Origin: Spirochaetia bacterium
Lineage (GTDB): Bacteria; Spirochaetota; Spirochaetia; UBA9216
Length of the DNA: 64,000 bases
Assembly (NCBI GenBank): GCA_963675665.1
Contig: OY776510.1
Location: forward strand, 3,840,001-3,904,000
Reading direction: 5' to 3'
How positions within the stretch are numbered: the stretch's first letter is position 1; every line of letters starts with the position of its first letter. A program made the translations under genes and the position numbers. Under the pieces are notes generated by a model. That model had not been told where the DNA came from and searched no databases. It saw nothing but the letters and a program-made list of their open reading frames with translations. Below are positions 41,098-51,268 of this stretch, in pieces.

Positions 41098-42134
41098 AAA
41101 ATATGATCGGACCGGAAACAACAAGGGAAAAGATTTCCGGTGTCAGAATATTTTTTCTGATACTGATTCCCCTCGGGCTGTTTTTGATTTCGCTCTTTAT
41201 CGGGCGCTATCCCCTCAGCCCGGGGGATATTATGAAAGCCCTTGGAGAGGTTCTTCTCTTCAGGGGCTTCAATGTCCCCAAAACTGTTTATACCATTCTT
41301 TTTAAAATACGCTTTCCCAGAACCATGACTGCGATGCTCATCGGGGCCGCCCTGTCTGTAAGCGGCGCTTCCTTTCAGGGAATGTTCAGGAACCCTCTTG
41401 TAAGCCCTGATGTTTTGGGGGTCTCGTCGGCAGCAGGATTCGGGGCCGCCCTGGCTATCCTTGCATCAGGAAATGCAGCTGTTATTCAGATAGCGGCCTT
41501 CGCCTTCGGAATAACAGGGGTAATTCTGACTTACGGGATAAGCCGTATCTACAAAAGCACCCCCGTTCTCATGCTTGTTCTGTCCGGGGTTGTTGTTTCG
41601 GCTTTTTTTTCAGCTCTTATTTCCGCGACCAAATTCATGGCCGATCCCTACGAAAAACTGCCTGCAATCACCTTCTGGCTGATGGGGAGCCTCAGCGGGA
41701 CAACCATGGAAGACATGCTTGCCGTTCTGCCCGCTATTGCAACGGGTCTTACGGGATTAATGCTGGTACGCTGGAGATTGAATGTCCTGGTAATGGGAGA
41801 TGAAGAAGCCCGTTCCCTCGGGATCAGAACGGAAATCCTGAAAGGGATTATTATTTTCTGCGCGACTATTGTTACTGCAGCCTCAGTATGCGTAAGCGGA
41901 ATGGTCGGTTGGGTCGGGCTTGTTATTCCCCATGTTGGGAGAATGCTTGTGGGGCCGGATCACAAGGTCCTGCTGCCCTCTTCGGCAGTCCTCGGAGCGT
42001 CCTACCTTCTTATAATCGATACCGTTGCCAGAACAGCCATCTCATCCGAGATCCCCCTCGGTATACTGACTGCTGTTATAGGGGCGCCCTTTTTCGCCTA
42101 TCTGATAAGAAAGACAAAAGGGGGCTGGCGATGA
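41094..42134 (+). CDS. FecCD/BtuC/MolB-type ABC permease
   Basis: IRFPR, FRNPLVSPDVLG, GWVGLVIPH, GAPFF. Confidence 0.93.
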   Translation: MKNMIGPETTREKISGVRIFFLILIPLGLFLISLFIGRYPLSPGDIMKALGEVLLFRGFNVPKTVYTILFKIRFPRTMTAMLIGAALSVSGASFQGMFRNPLVSPDVLGVSSAAGFGAALAILASGNAAVIQIAAFAFGITGVILTYGISRIYKSTPVLMLVLSGVVVSAFFSALISATKFMADPYEKLPAITFWLMGSLSGTTMEDMLAVLPAIATGLTGLMLVRWRLNVLVMGDEEARSLGIRTEILKGIIIFCATIVTAASVCVSGMVGWVGLVIPHVGRMLVGPDHKVLLPSSAVLGASYLLIIDTVARTAISSEIPLGILTAVIGAPFFAYLIRKTKGGWR

Positions 42135-43312
42135 CCGCTTTCCTTGAAATGTGCAACGGTTCCTATTCTTTCGGAGAACATCGGGTGCTGGATAATATCA
42201 GCTTTAAGGTCGGCGCAGGAGAGATTCTCTGCATCCTCGGAGCCAACGGCTGCGGAAAAACAACCCTGCTGAGATGTATCAACAACGGACTGGAGCTGGA
42301 TGCTGGTTCGGTTTATCTTGAAGGAAGGGATATCCGGACTATGGATGTGCTTGAAACGGCCCGTCAGATCGGTTTTGTATACCAGGAACATACAGCATCA
42401 TTTCCGTTTTCCGTGCTTGAAATTGTACGCATGGGACGTACGCCATACCTCGGGACCTTCGAATCGCCCTCGGACAGCGACACATTTATCGCGGAACAGG
42501 CCCTGGATATGGTAGGACTGCTTCATTATAAAAACAAACCCTACACAGAAATCAGCGGGGGGGAAAGGCAGCTGATCCTGATAGCAAGAACCCTGGCCCA
42601 GGATCCGAAAATCATCCTGCTTGATGAGCCGACATCGCATCTTGATTATAAAAATCAGCACATGGTCCTGAATATGATAAACCGGATGGCATCAGGAGGA
42701 ATAACAGTTATCATGACCTCGCATATGCCGAACCATGCGCTTTTTCATTCAAGCAGAACAGCCCTGATGCACCGGGGCAAGTTTATAGCTGAAGGCCCGC
42801 CTTCCGGGGTTATAACGGAAGCGAACCTTAAGACAATCTACGATATGGATGTAAAACTTCTTCAGGCCGGGAGTTCCGAAACAGATGATCCGATACGGTT
42901 CTGCCTTCCCGACTATTCTTCGTCAAACTCGATTGCTTCAGGCCTTCCGGGAGTCGAAACCCATTTCAGGGGATATTCCAGGGTCAGAAACGGTATCGCT
43001 GAAATTACCATTTCCGAGAATTTTATCCTGACATCTCTCTCCAGGAAAAGCGGAAATGTAAAAGTGACTATTCCTTCTGAGGGAATTCTCCTTTCCCCTG
43101 TTCCTTTTCTCAACAACAGTTCCCATCTTTTCCAGGGACATATCAGCAGTATTGGAGATAACGGCAAGGGAAAAGAATTGCTGGTTTGTATCTCAGGACA
43201 TCCGATCAGGCTCATGCTTTCAGAAAAAATAATCGAATCAATGAAATTAAAAGAAAACACAACTGTGTATCTGGGCTTCAAACATTCAAAGATCACCAGC
43301 GTTTCTTGTTGA
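42131..43312 (+). CDS. FepC/MolC-type ABC ATPase with C-terminal TOBE-like extension
   Basis: GANGCGKTT, ISGGERQ, LDEPTSHLD; C-terminal 'FQGHISSI...MKLKENTTVYLGFKHSKI' resembles TOBE. Confidence 0.88.
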   Translation: MTAFLEMCNGSYSFGEHRVLDNISFKVGAGEILCILGANGCGKTTLLRCINNGLELDAGSVYLEGRDIRTMDVLETARQIGFVYQEHTASFPFSVLEIVRMGRTPYLGTFESPSDSDTFIAEQALDMVGLLHYKNKPYTEISGGERQLILIARTLAQDPKIILLDEPTSHLDYKNQHMVLNMINRMASGGITVIMTSHMPNHALFHSSRTALMHRGKFIAEGPPSGVITEANLKTIYDMDVKLLQAGSSETDDPIRFCLPDYSSSNSIASGLPGVETHFRGYSRVRNGIAEITISENFILTSLSRKSGNVKVTIPSEGILLSPVPFLNNSSHLFQGHISSIGDNGKGKELLVCISGHPIRLMLSEKIIESMKLKENTTVYLGFKHSKITSVSC

Positions 43313-43377
43313 TTACCCCGTATTTGCATATATCTGTTTAACCGTCAGACTCATAAAACATACGGTAAAAGGCAGAA

Positions 43378-44262
43378 CTACTGAAGCACCCAACCCAGGT
43401 CGGCAACTGCCCCGGTCAAAGCCTCTTCCCAGGCGGCCCGGATTTCCGGGTCATCCCAGGTTGCCAGGTGACTGCCCCCTGCAACAGGGTACAGCTTTGC
43501 CGTGTTCCCGGCCTCATTCATCATTCCGACGAATTCCTCGGTGTAGCGAAACGGCAGAATATCATCTTCGACGCATTGGGTCATATATACCGGCGGAAGT
43601 CCGGGCCGGACATTCTGATAGGGCGAGCAGTTTTTTGCCTCCCCGCGGCCTATCAGAAGCTGTTTGAAATTATAATCGTTGACGTTTACCGCCCCCGCAA
43701 CCGTAAAAACAGCATTGGGCACGGAACTTGTTCCCGGATTCTCGGACGGGTCAATATACTGCGGGAACATGGCTGTACAGAGAGCCAGATGTCCGCCCGC
43801 TGAATCTCCCATAGCCGCAATGTGATCGGTATCGATATTAAACTTTTTACTGTATACCCGGGCCCATCGTACCGCTGAATTCGCATCCATCATCAAATCC
43901 ATAACACTGATTTTATTATGGTCGGCAAGCCGGTACTGTGCCGCAATTCCTATAAATCCCATACCGGCCATATACCGGGCATTATCCTGGGCCCATTCCA
44001 TTTCGGCCCGTATCCAGCCTCCCCCGCAGAAGTTTACAACTGCAGGATACGGTTTTATACGATTGGCATCATAGCCTTCAGGATAAAAAATATGCATTTC
44101 AAGCTTTCCATCAGGGGTTTCCTTGTAGTAGCAGGCATAATCGGCGAGATCAGCAGTCGCGTTGGAAACCGGTTCATTAATCAGGTATGGGCTGTGTTCC
44201 TCACCTGTACTTACGCAGGCTAAAACCGACAATAAAATCACTGCAGAAATTACGAATTTCAT
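43378..44262 (-). CDS. Alpha/beta hydrolase (esterase/lipase, BD-FAE-like) lipoprotein
   Basis: Lipobox VLAC, GGGW, GDSAGG, D...H triad. Confidence 0.85.
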   Translation of the reverse strand: MKFVISAVILLSVLACVSTGEEHSPYLINEPVSNATADLADYACYYKETPDGKLEMHIFYPEGYDANRIKPYPAVVNFCGGGWIRAEMEWAQDNARYMAGMGFIGIAAQYRLADHNKISVMDLMMDANSAVRWARVYSKKFNIDTDHIAAMGDSAGGHLALCTAMFPQYIDPSENPGTSSVPNAVFTVAGAVNVNDYNFKQLLIGRGEAKNCSPYQNVRPGLPPVYMTQCVEDDILPFRYTEEFVGMMNEAGNTAKLYPVAGGSHLATWDDPEIRAAWEEALTGAVADLGWVLQ

Positions 44263-44409
44263 ATTTACCCCCTGTTGGACGCTGTCCGCAAGCGTCATTC
44301 ATTTACAACCTTTGAACCTGTATTATCAAAACCGCCGGACAATGTTGTGTCCAATAATGTTCGACAAATATCAGAAGTCAGGCAACCGTACCAGTAGAAC
44401 GCGTTCCGG

Positions 44410-45999
44410 CTATCTCCTGATAAAATCAACAGCAGCCTGCAGCAACGTGTCTTTTCCCCGGGTAATATCATCTGCATTATATTCAATATATTTTTCAACA
44501 AAACTTTTTCGCAGATCAGAGTTTTTTGTATTATGCCTGTACCATATAATGCTGGGTAATACGGTAAATATTTTAATATCGCCTTCGCGGTAAACTTTAT
44601 CGTCCATATGCCCGGCAAAGGAGCCGTTATTTGCCGTACCCATGACAGTGATCTCATCAAATCCCGACGTAATTGCCGTAAAAAAATCTCCTCCGCTCAC
44701 GCATTCCGAACCGGTTAGAACAACGACTTTTTTGCCGAAAACTGTATCCGGACTTTGCCCCGGGAATTTGTGAGCCAACAGAGGATACCGGCTGTAAGTA
44801 TCCGGTCCTGTTTTTTCAAATACATCATAGAATTGCATATCGTCAGGGTTCTTAACCAGCAATTCAAGTCCGCCGTAACTTACCTGGTGCATACCTCCGC
44901 CATGATTACGAAAATCCAGAATAATACCCTCCGTACCAAGTAAAGAAGCTACTGCGTCTCTGAACTCTTTATAAAACCTGGTCCGGGACGGGTCCCATGA
45001 TTTTAAATCTTTAATTTCCTGATCAAAATAATTTACCCTTATATATCCGATATTCATCTCCTGCAATATGCCCCCGTCAAGGGCATCATAGTTTTTGCCG
45101 ATCTCCGAACCGGGAACAAATATTATCGGGAACGGAGCCTCCCTGTATTGTTCCCCTGCAGTAAACTCTCTGTCCGGAATCTTTACCGAATCTATTGTAC
45201 CGCTTGTCTTTCGGCGTATTGTTACGGTTGAGAACAGATGAATGTTCCGCATTATGCTTTTCTGCCAATTCAGATTAACTGCGGTCGTATTTGCTCCGGA
45301 TGAGCCGATAATCGGCAGGGACGACTGTTCCAAAGGCCGACGCCATTCCTGCCACGGGATTCCGTTTAGAGCGATAATTTCATCTCCCGCTTCCCAGAAA
45401 TAAGGCGGAGAATTATCGAAAACCCTGCTGACAACCAGCCGGTTGTCTTTGCATGGCGTAATCCATGCGCCAGGAGGATTAATATTGAAACCCGATAAGG
45501 AAATACAGGGAGCACCGCTTTTTAAATTATTGTTCATAACCAACCGCTCCGGAATGATCATGGTGTGCCCTTCTTTCAGATAATATGTCAGCCTTGACAA
45601 AGCCCCCAAAGCGGAGCCATGACTGTCTGCAGATGCAATATCATCTCCGACTTCCTTTTTAAGAGTCGGCCAGTCCAGGTCAAGATTGATGAAACTGACG
45701 CAGGATCTTTCGATCTCTGAACTTAATTCATCATAAAGACGTAAATAATCCGAACGGTCATCCCCGGACAATAATCCCCAGTAAGAATTATTATTTTCTT
45801 CGAGAAAAAGAATTGTTTCTTGAATCATTGCTTCTTTTTCATCCGGGTCCGTGATTAACGGCGGCGGCAGCTCATGGGGCCAATTGTCCAGAACACCCGG
45901 AATCGGAACCTGTTGAAATGTTGTACATGCTGCAAGTATAGAGCTGTAGAGTATTATCTGAATAAAATTCTTTATCAATCGGCATTGTTTGAAATACAT
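44410..45999 (-). CDS. S41-family peptidase lipoprotein with PDZ-like domain
   Basis: Lipobox LAAC, GDEIIALNG, IGYIRV, ILDFRNHGGG, CVSGGD. Confidence 0.85.
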   Translation of the reverse strand: MYFKQCRLIKNFIQIILYSSILAACTTFQQVPIPGVLDNWPHELPPPLITDPDEKEAMIQETILFLEENNNSYWGLLSGDDRSDYLRLYDELSSEIERSCVSFINLDLDWPTLKKEVGDDIASADSHGSALGALSRLTYYLKEGHTMIIPERLVMNNNLKSGAPCISLSGFNINPPGAWITPCKDNRLVVSRVFDNSPPYFWEAGDEIIALNGIPWQEWRRPLEQSSLPIIGSSGANTTAVNLNWQKSIMRNIHLFSTVTIRRKTSGTIDSVKIPDREFTAGEQYREAPFPIIFVPGSEIGKNYDALDGGILQEMNIGYIRVNYFDQEIKDLKSWDPSRTRFYKEFRDAVASLLGTEGIILDFRNHGGGMHQVSYGGLELLVKNPDDMQFYDVFEKTGPDTYSRYPLLAHKFPGQSPDTVFGKKVVVLTGSECVSGGDFFTAITSGFDEITVMGTANNGSFAGHMDDKVYREGDIKIFTVLPSIIWYRHNTKNSDLRKSFVEKYIEYNADDITRGKDTLLQAAVDFIRR

Positions 46000-46101
46000 T
46001 TTTACTTCTTCAATTTCTCTTTATATCTGCGGATCTGATCTGAAATTATATAGTTTTTACATCTGTACTGTCAAACCTCTTTTTGCCGAAGGAACAGTCG
46101 A

Positions 46102-47166
46102 TCAGCCCTTACCTCTCTTTTTACGAAGCGTAAGAATTACACTCTGAAGCAGGATAAAGAAACACAGCATAAGCCCTGTTGTAATACTTTGCCAGTACGG
46201 TTCCCTTAGCCCGGAAGCGATAACGATATTGCTGATCGTTTTCAGAGAGAGTACCCCGAAAAGCGTTCCGATTACACTGCCGACTCCGCCGGTTAATAAT
46301 GTTCCGCCGATAATTGAAGAGGCAATTGCCTGGATTTCAGCCTGGGTGGCATTTGCCGCATTTCCGGCCCCCGTGTGCATCAGGTAGACATAACCGCCGA
46401 TTCCGGCAAATACCCCGCTTAGAACATAGGCAAAAAACTTCGTGCGTTTGACATTTATACCGAGCATCAGTGCGCTTTCACTGTTGCCGCCCACTGCATA
46501 CAGGTTACGCCCGAACCGCGACCATTTCAGAATTGCCCATACCGCAAACACTATACCCAGCGCTACCAGCACACCCGGCTCTATCCTGGCTGGAATAAAA
46601 TTACCGGTTTTCCCGTAAGTACCGATACCGGGAATTACGATACGAAAATTCTTAAGAGCAAGGAACATTTCGTTTGTCACTGTTCGAGGAGTTTTACTGA
46701 TGATTGTCGTCAGTCCTTTTGCAAAGAACATGCCTCCCAGGGTGACAATAAAGGGCTGTATCTCCAGGTACGATATCAAAAACCCCTGGATAAGGCCTAT
46801 TCCCAAACCCATGCCCAGGGCCAGAACCATCGAGCCTGCTATGCTGCCGCCATGGTCTTCCAGAACAACAACACAGGTCATGGTTACCAGTGCAATCATT
46901 CCTCCAACCGAAATATCTATGCCGGCTGTTATCATGACTACGGTCAGTCCGCAGGAAACTATAATCAAATATGCATTGTTATTAAAAATATCAAAGAATT
47001 GCTGGGGATTAAGAAACCCGCCTCCCCATACAATCATTGCAATCACGTACATCGCTATAAATCCGCAAATTGTTATGGTAAGCAGCAAAGCAGTATTTGA
47101 AACAGGCTCTCCTGATTTTTTTCCTGTTCTACCTGATGAAATATTTAGTAAACTCTTTCCTGCCAT
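46102..47166 (-). CDS. yjfF: Sugar ABC permease YjfF-like (galactofuranose type)
   Basis: GIDISVG, IQPFIVTL, GRNLYAVGGN. Confidence 0.75.
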   Translation of the reverse strand: MAGKSLLNISSGRTGKKSGEPVSNTALLLTITICGFIAMYVIAMIVWGGGFLNPQQFFDIFNNNAYLIIVSCGLTVVMITAGIDISVGGMIALVTMTCVVVLEDHGGSIAGSMVLALGMGLGIGLIQGFLISYLEIQPFIVTLGGMFFAKGLTTIISKTPRTVTNEMFLALKNFRIVIPGIGTYGKTGNFIPARIEPGVLVALGIVFAVWAILKWSRFGRNLYAVGGNSESALMLGINVKRTKFFAYVLSGVFAGIGGYVYLMHTGAGNAANATQAEIQAIASSIIGGTLLTGGVGSVIGTLFGVLSLKTISNIVIASGLREPYWQSITTGLMLCFFILLQSVILTLRKKRGKG

Positions 47167-47167
47167 A

Positions 47168-48247
47168 TCAGTTATTCCCCGTCAGTTTCATGGGTTTTTT
47201 AAAAAGCCTGTCGCGCAACTGAAGTGCATATCTCTGTACAACCGGCGAACCTATTACGACGATGGCAATAATTACAACTGCCTTATAGGCTTTTACCGCT
47301 GTTGACGAAACCTTCATCGCATAAAGCGTAATCGTCAGGGCCTGGATTATGTATGCGCCAATCACTGAACCGGCCAGTTTGAATTTTCCGCCGCTCAGGG
47401 CATTGCCGCCGATTGCGACCGCCAGGATAGCATCCATTTCAATATCGATGAGAATTGTTTCATGGTTAATGAGGCCAATTCTGCAGACATTTATGGAACC
47501 GGCAATTGTTACACAGACACCAAGTATCATGAATACCAGAAGTTTCATAAAAACAGGGTTAATACCGTTTAACCGGGCAGCCCGTTCATTGATACCGACC
47601 GACTGTATATATAACCCGAGATTGGTAAACCTCAGAACAAGCTTAACAAGGATACCGAACACGATTACGATAAGAATCGGACTTGGAATCGGGATCCCCG
47701 GGATAAAACTTCCGATATAGTTAAGCAGCGGACTTTCAACATTGGGCGTTGCCCCGCCGTTTATCCAGTATGCTATCGGACGTCCTGCAGTAAACAGTAT
47801 CAACGAGGCAATCATCGGCTGAATATCAAACCTTGCAACCAGCATACCGTTAAACAGGCCGAACAGAATTGCTACAACACATGCCGTCAGCAGCGCCAGG
47901 ATAATAACCGGCATTGTAATTTCATTTGCCCGAAGTACTTTAACAAAAACGCTGCCTGCTATCGCCGCCGCTGCGCCAACGCTTATATCCTGCCCTTTCG
48001 TCGCCGAGGTTACCAGCGTCATACCGATTGCCAGAACTGCAAGCTCGGAAGCCCCGTTCAAAATACTGATTAAATTCCCGGAAAGAACGGTATTTCCATA
48101 ATTGTTTGTTATAACGCGGATGGAAAAAAAACCGATATCCCTGAATAAATTAAAAATAATAATCAATAAAAGGGCAAACAACGGTATTATCAGCTGGGAA
48201 TGCGACAGTCTCTTTATACCGTTAACCATATTGGAACTCTTAATCAT
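47168..48247 (-). CDS. ytfT: Sugar ABC permease YtfT-like
   Basis: IQPMIASLIL, EMDAILAVAIGG. Confidence 0.75.
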   Translation of the reverse strand: MIKSSNMVNGIKRLSHSQLIIPLFALLLIIIFNLFRDIGFFSIRVITNNYGNTVLSGNLISILNGASELAVLAIGMTLVTSATKGQDISVGAAAAIAGSVFVKVLRANEITMPVIILALLTACVVAILFGLFNGMLVARFDIQPMIASLILFTAGRPIAYWINGGATPNVESPLLNYIGSFIPGIPIPSPILIVIVFGILVKLVLRFTNLGLYIQSVGINERAARLNGINPVFMKLLVFMILGVCVTIAGSINVCRIGLINHETILIDIEMDAILAVAIGGNALSGGKFKLAGSVIGAYIIQALTITLYAMKVSSTAVKAYKAVVIIAIVVIGSPVVQRYALQLRDRLFKKPMKLTGNN

Positions 48248-49757
48248 TATGAGCAGCCTCCCCGGCTATCGTATGCATAATCCTTGTTTGCGTCATTTCT
48301 TCTCCCTTCAATTCACCGACTATGTTACGATCCCGCATAACGATAAGCCGCGAACAGGTGGTGAGCATCTCCTCTATTTCAGATGAAATAAATGTTACGC
48401 TGACACCTTCGCCTGCAAGCTTCAGTACAAGCTTTTGTATTTCCACCTTTGTTCCGACATCTATACCCCGCGTCGGTTCATCCAGAATAAGATACTGCGG
48501 ATTTGTGAGCAGCCAGCGTGCAAGTATGACCTTTTGCTGGTTACCGCCCGAAAGAGATTTTATGGGCGTATCCGTTGAAGCGGTTTTAATTCCCAATAAT
48601 TTAATATACTCATCTGCAAAGGCTTCAGCCTCGGTTCCGGAAAACGGCCGTAAAAAGCCCTTCAACACCTGCAGAGCAAGTATGATATTTTCACGTACGG
48701 ATAAATCCTCAATGATGCCGTCCCCTTTTCTGTCCTCGGGCAGATACCCGATACCATGCTTCATTGAGTCTTTGGGTTTGGAGATTTTAATATCTTTACC
48801 GTTTATCTTTATCTTTCCCCCGGTAATTCTATCAGCGCCGAATATGGCGCGCACGCTTTCACTGCGACCGGAACCGAGGAGCCCGGTAAACCCGTTAACT
48901 TCTCCCTTGTGAATTTCGAAGTCAAACGGTTTTGTGCCTTCTGCGCTGGATAAACCGCGGGCCTCGTAAACAAGCGGGGTATCCAGTTTAAGAGATTTTT
49001 CTCTATGCAATAATTCCGACATATCGTCTATCTCTTTTCCCATCATTGCCGAAATCAGTTTAACGCGCGGTAACTCCTTTACATCATATGCCCCAATCAG
49101 TTCACCGTTCCGTAAAACGGTTATCCTGTCGCTTATCTGGTATACCTGTTCAAGAAAATGTGTTATGAAGATGATTCCAACGCCGCGCAACTTCAGATCC
49201 CGCACAAGAGAGAAAAGCAACGCTACCTCCTGTTCATCCAGAGACGAAGTAGGTTCATCCAGTATAAGCACCTTGCATTCCATATCAACTGCACGTGCAA
49301 CTGCAACCATCTGCTGTACAGCCAGCGAACAGGTACCCAGCTGCCGGGTAGCGCTTGTAGGAATTTTTAGCTTCTCAAGTATCTCAACTGCTTTCTTTTC
49401 TATTGAACGCCAGTTTACAAAACGGTAATTGCCTCGCCCTATAAACATATTCTCAGCAACCGTCAGGTTGGGACACAGGGTTATTTCCTGGTAAACTGTA
49501 CTGATACCCAGGTTCTGGGCCTCCTGAGGTGATTTTATTGCAATTTCATTATCAATTCCTGCTATTCTGATTTGCCCGGAATCTTTCGGGTATACACCCG
49601 TTAAAACTTTGACCAGGGTTGATTTACCGGCCCCGTTTTCACCCATTAAAGCGTGTATTTCGCCTTTGCGAAGAGTAAAATCCACATTATGAAGGGCCCG
49701 TACACCCGGAAATGATTTTGAAATTCCACTCATGGATAAAACAATGTCATTCTTCAT
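48240..49757 (-). CDS. ytfR: Sugar ABC ATP-binding protein YtfR-like (two domains)
   Basis: GENGAGKST, GLLGSGRSE, LSGGNQQK. Confidence 0.8.
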   Translation of the reverse strand: MKNDIVLSMSGISKSFPGVRALHNVDFTLRKGEIHALMGENGAGKSTLVKVLTGVYPKDSGQIRIAGIDNEIAIKSPQEAQNLGISTVYQEITLCPNLTVAENMFIGRGNYRFVNWRSIEKKAVEILEKLKIPTSATRQLGTCSLAVQQMVAVARAVDMECKVLILDEPTSSLDEQEVALLFSLVRDLKLRGVGIIFITHFLEQVYQISDRITVLRNGELIGAYDVKELPRVKLISAMMGKEIDDMSELLHREKSLKLDTPLVYEARGLSSAEGTKPFDFEIHKGEVNGFTGLLGSGRSESVRAIFGADRITGGKIKINGKDIKISKPKDSMKHGIGYLPEDRKGDGIIEDLSVRENIILALQVLKGFLRPFSGTEAEAFADEYIKLLGIKTASTDTPIKSLSGGNQQKVILARWLLTNPQYLILDEPTRGIDVGTKVEIQKLVLKLAGEGVSVTFISSEIEEMLTTCSRLIVMRDRNIVGELKGEEMTQTRIMHTIAGEAAHND

Positions 49758-49793
49758 CGGCAACAAACCGCCTTTTTCAGGTTTTTAAAAACG

Positions 49794-49834
49794 GCAGCGT
49801 AAAGTATGTGGTAAATACACACACTCTGCGCTGC
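49794..49834 (-). other. Intercistronic stem-loop after the binding-protein gene
   Basis: About 17-bp stem GCAGCGCAGAGTGTGTG/CACATACTTTACGCTGC. Confidence 0.55.
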
Positions 49835-49879
49835 ACTTCATCTACTGCAAAGTCATCCAAAAAAGATCAGGAGATTAAA

Positions 49880-50848
49880 TTATTCTCCGAGTCCGTATGT
49901 ATCAATGTCTTTCTGTGTAATGGTTCGCGCATCAAAACCCTTTTCTTCAGAAATAACTTTCTTTGAGGACAGCTTTCCGCCGGCTTCAATCTTTTTAATC
50001 ATTCCATCGATTACTGTTGCCTGGAAAGGACTGCACTGACCGTCATAGTTCCAGTTGCCGGCAAGCAGTTCCCTGAGCGCCCATTTGTTACAGTCGAAAC
50101 CCATGACAACAACATCTCCGTCAACACCGTGTGTGATGCCTGCTTCGTCAAGCGCTGCAACAGCGCCTTTTGCCATGCCGTCATTTTCGGCATAGATAAC
50201 GTTGAAAGCTTCACCGGAATTGATTACCGATTCGGTAATTTTCTTTGCTTCAGCTTCATCCCAGGTTGCAGTCTGCTGCACTACCAGGTTCATCGCACCT
50301 GATGCAAACTGTGCATCCAATGCTGCGGTTCGTCCGATCTGTGCATCACTGCCCATAGCGCCCTGAATGTGAATGACATTGTATGAAGGCAGTTTCTGTG
50401 CTACAAGCCAGTTTACTGCTGTATCGCCCTGGTTTGCCATGTCCGAAACAACGGCGGCTTCATACAGGCTTGAATCCGCATTCAGCATACGGTCAAAGAG
50501 AAACACTTTGATACCGGCTTCTTTGGCATTACCGAGTACCGAAGCCCAGCCGTCTGTGGCAGCCGCAGACAGAAGAATATAGTCCACACCGTCTGTAATA
50601 AACTGGGCGGCTGCATTAAGCTGCTCATCATTCTTCAGGCTGTAAAAGCTTGAAACCTCATACCCGTTAGCTTCTGTAAAGACCTTTTCAAAGTCTGCTA
50701 CATTTGCTGCGCGGTATCCGGATTCGGACGGCGGATTGTTAACAATACCTACCTTAATCAGACCGGATTCCTGTTGTCCTCCGGCAAACAAAACCGCCGG
50801 ACCTAATACTGCAAGAACAACCAGCATGCATAAAATTTTTTTCTTCAT
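49880..50848 (-). CDS. ytfQ: Sugar ABC substrate-binding protein YtfQ-like
   Basis: LFAGG signal peptide; SESGYRAAN, YAENDGMA. Confidence 0.75.
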   Translation of the reverse strand: MKKKILCMLVVLAVLGPAVLFAGGQQESGLIKVGIVNNPPSESGYRAANVADFEKVFTEANGYEVSSFYSLKNDEQLNAAAQFITDGVDYILLSAAATDGWASVLGNAKEAGIKVFLFDRMLNADSSLYEAAVVSDMANQGDTAVNWLVAQKLPSYNVIHIQGAMGSDAQIGRTAALDAQFASGAMNLVVQQTATWDEAEAKKITESVINSGEAFNVIYAENDGMAKGAVAALDEAGITHGVDGDVVVMGFDCNKWALRELLAGNWNYDGQCSPFQATVIDGMIKKIEAGGKLSSKKVISEEKGFDARTITQKDIDTYGLGE

Positions 50849-51068
50849 TTACCCCTCCTTAAGGGAACCAACTAACTTAAATAGTTTTTTAACGGCAACG
50901 CCGCATTGAACTCCGTAATCCTACTCTCTGCATTTCCGGAAGTACATGAGGTATTTTATTAATCCTGGTATAAATTCTTACGCTTTTTACCGGCTCTTTT
51001 TAAAAGGGAGTAAAAGGTTGGTTTTTTTATTCAAAAATTACATTTTTTTACGATAGTATGAATAATCA

Positions 51069-51224
51069 TCAGCCGCCGAACAGCTTGTCAATTACACCGG
51101 AAAAGGAAATCACATCTGTAATATAATGCGCAATTATTGCCGGCAATAAAGCCCATAGCATTGTTTAAAAAAAACACAAAGCCAGGCATAGCAATACATT
51201 TTCACGGTTTTTGTTAATAATCAT
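51069..51224 (-). pseudogene. Remnant of a CPBP (CAAX/Abi) intramembrane protease-like gene
   Basis: GGGAG RBS, then MIINKNRENVLLCLALCFF*TMLWALLPAIIAHYITDVISFSGVIDKLFGG* in one frame with an internal TAA. Confidence 0.5.
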
Positions 51225-51268
51225 TTTGATCTCCCAAAAACAACAGTTTTCAGTTCAATTTTTTTATT

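Noticed and set aside
44295-44660. 121-aa minus-strand ORF overlapping the S41 peptidase end
   Set aside because: Out-of-frame overlap with no motifs; the peptidase has a normal C-terminus.
50849-51060. Long leader of the ytfQ-like gene as a riboswitch
   Set aside because: No recognisable aptamer motifs.
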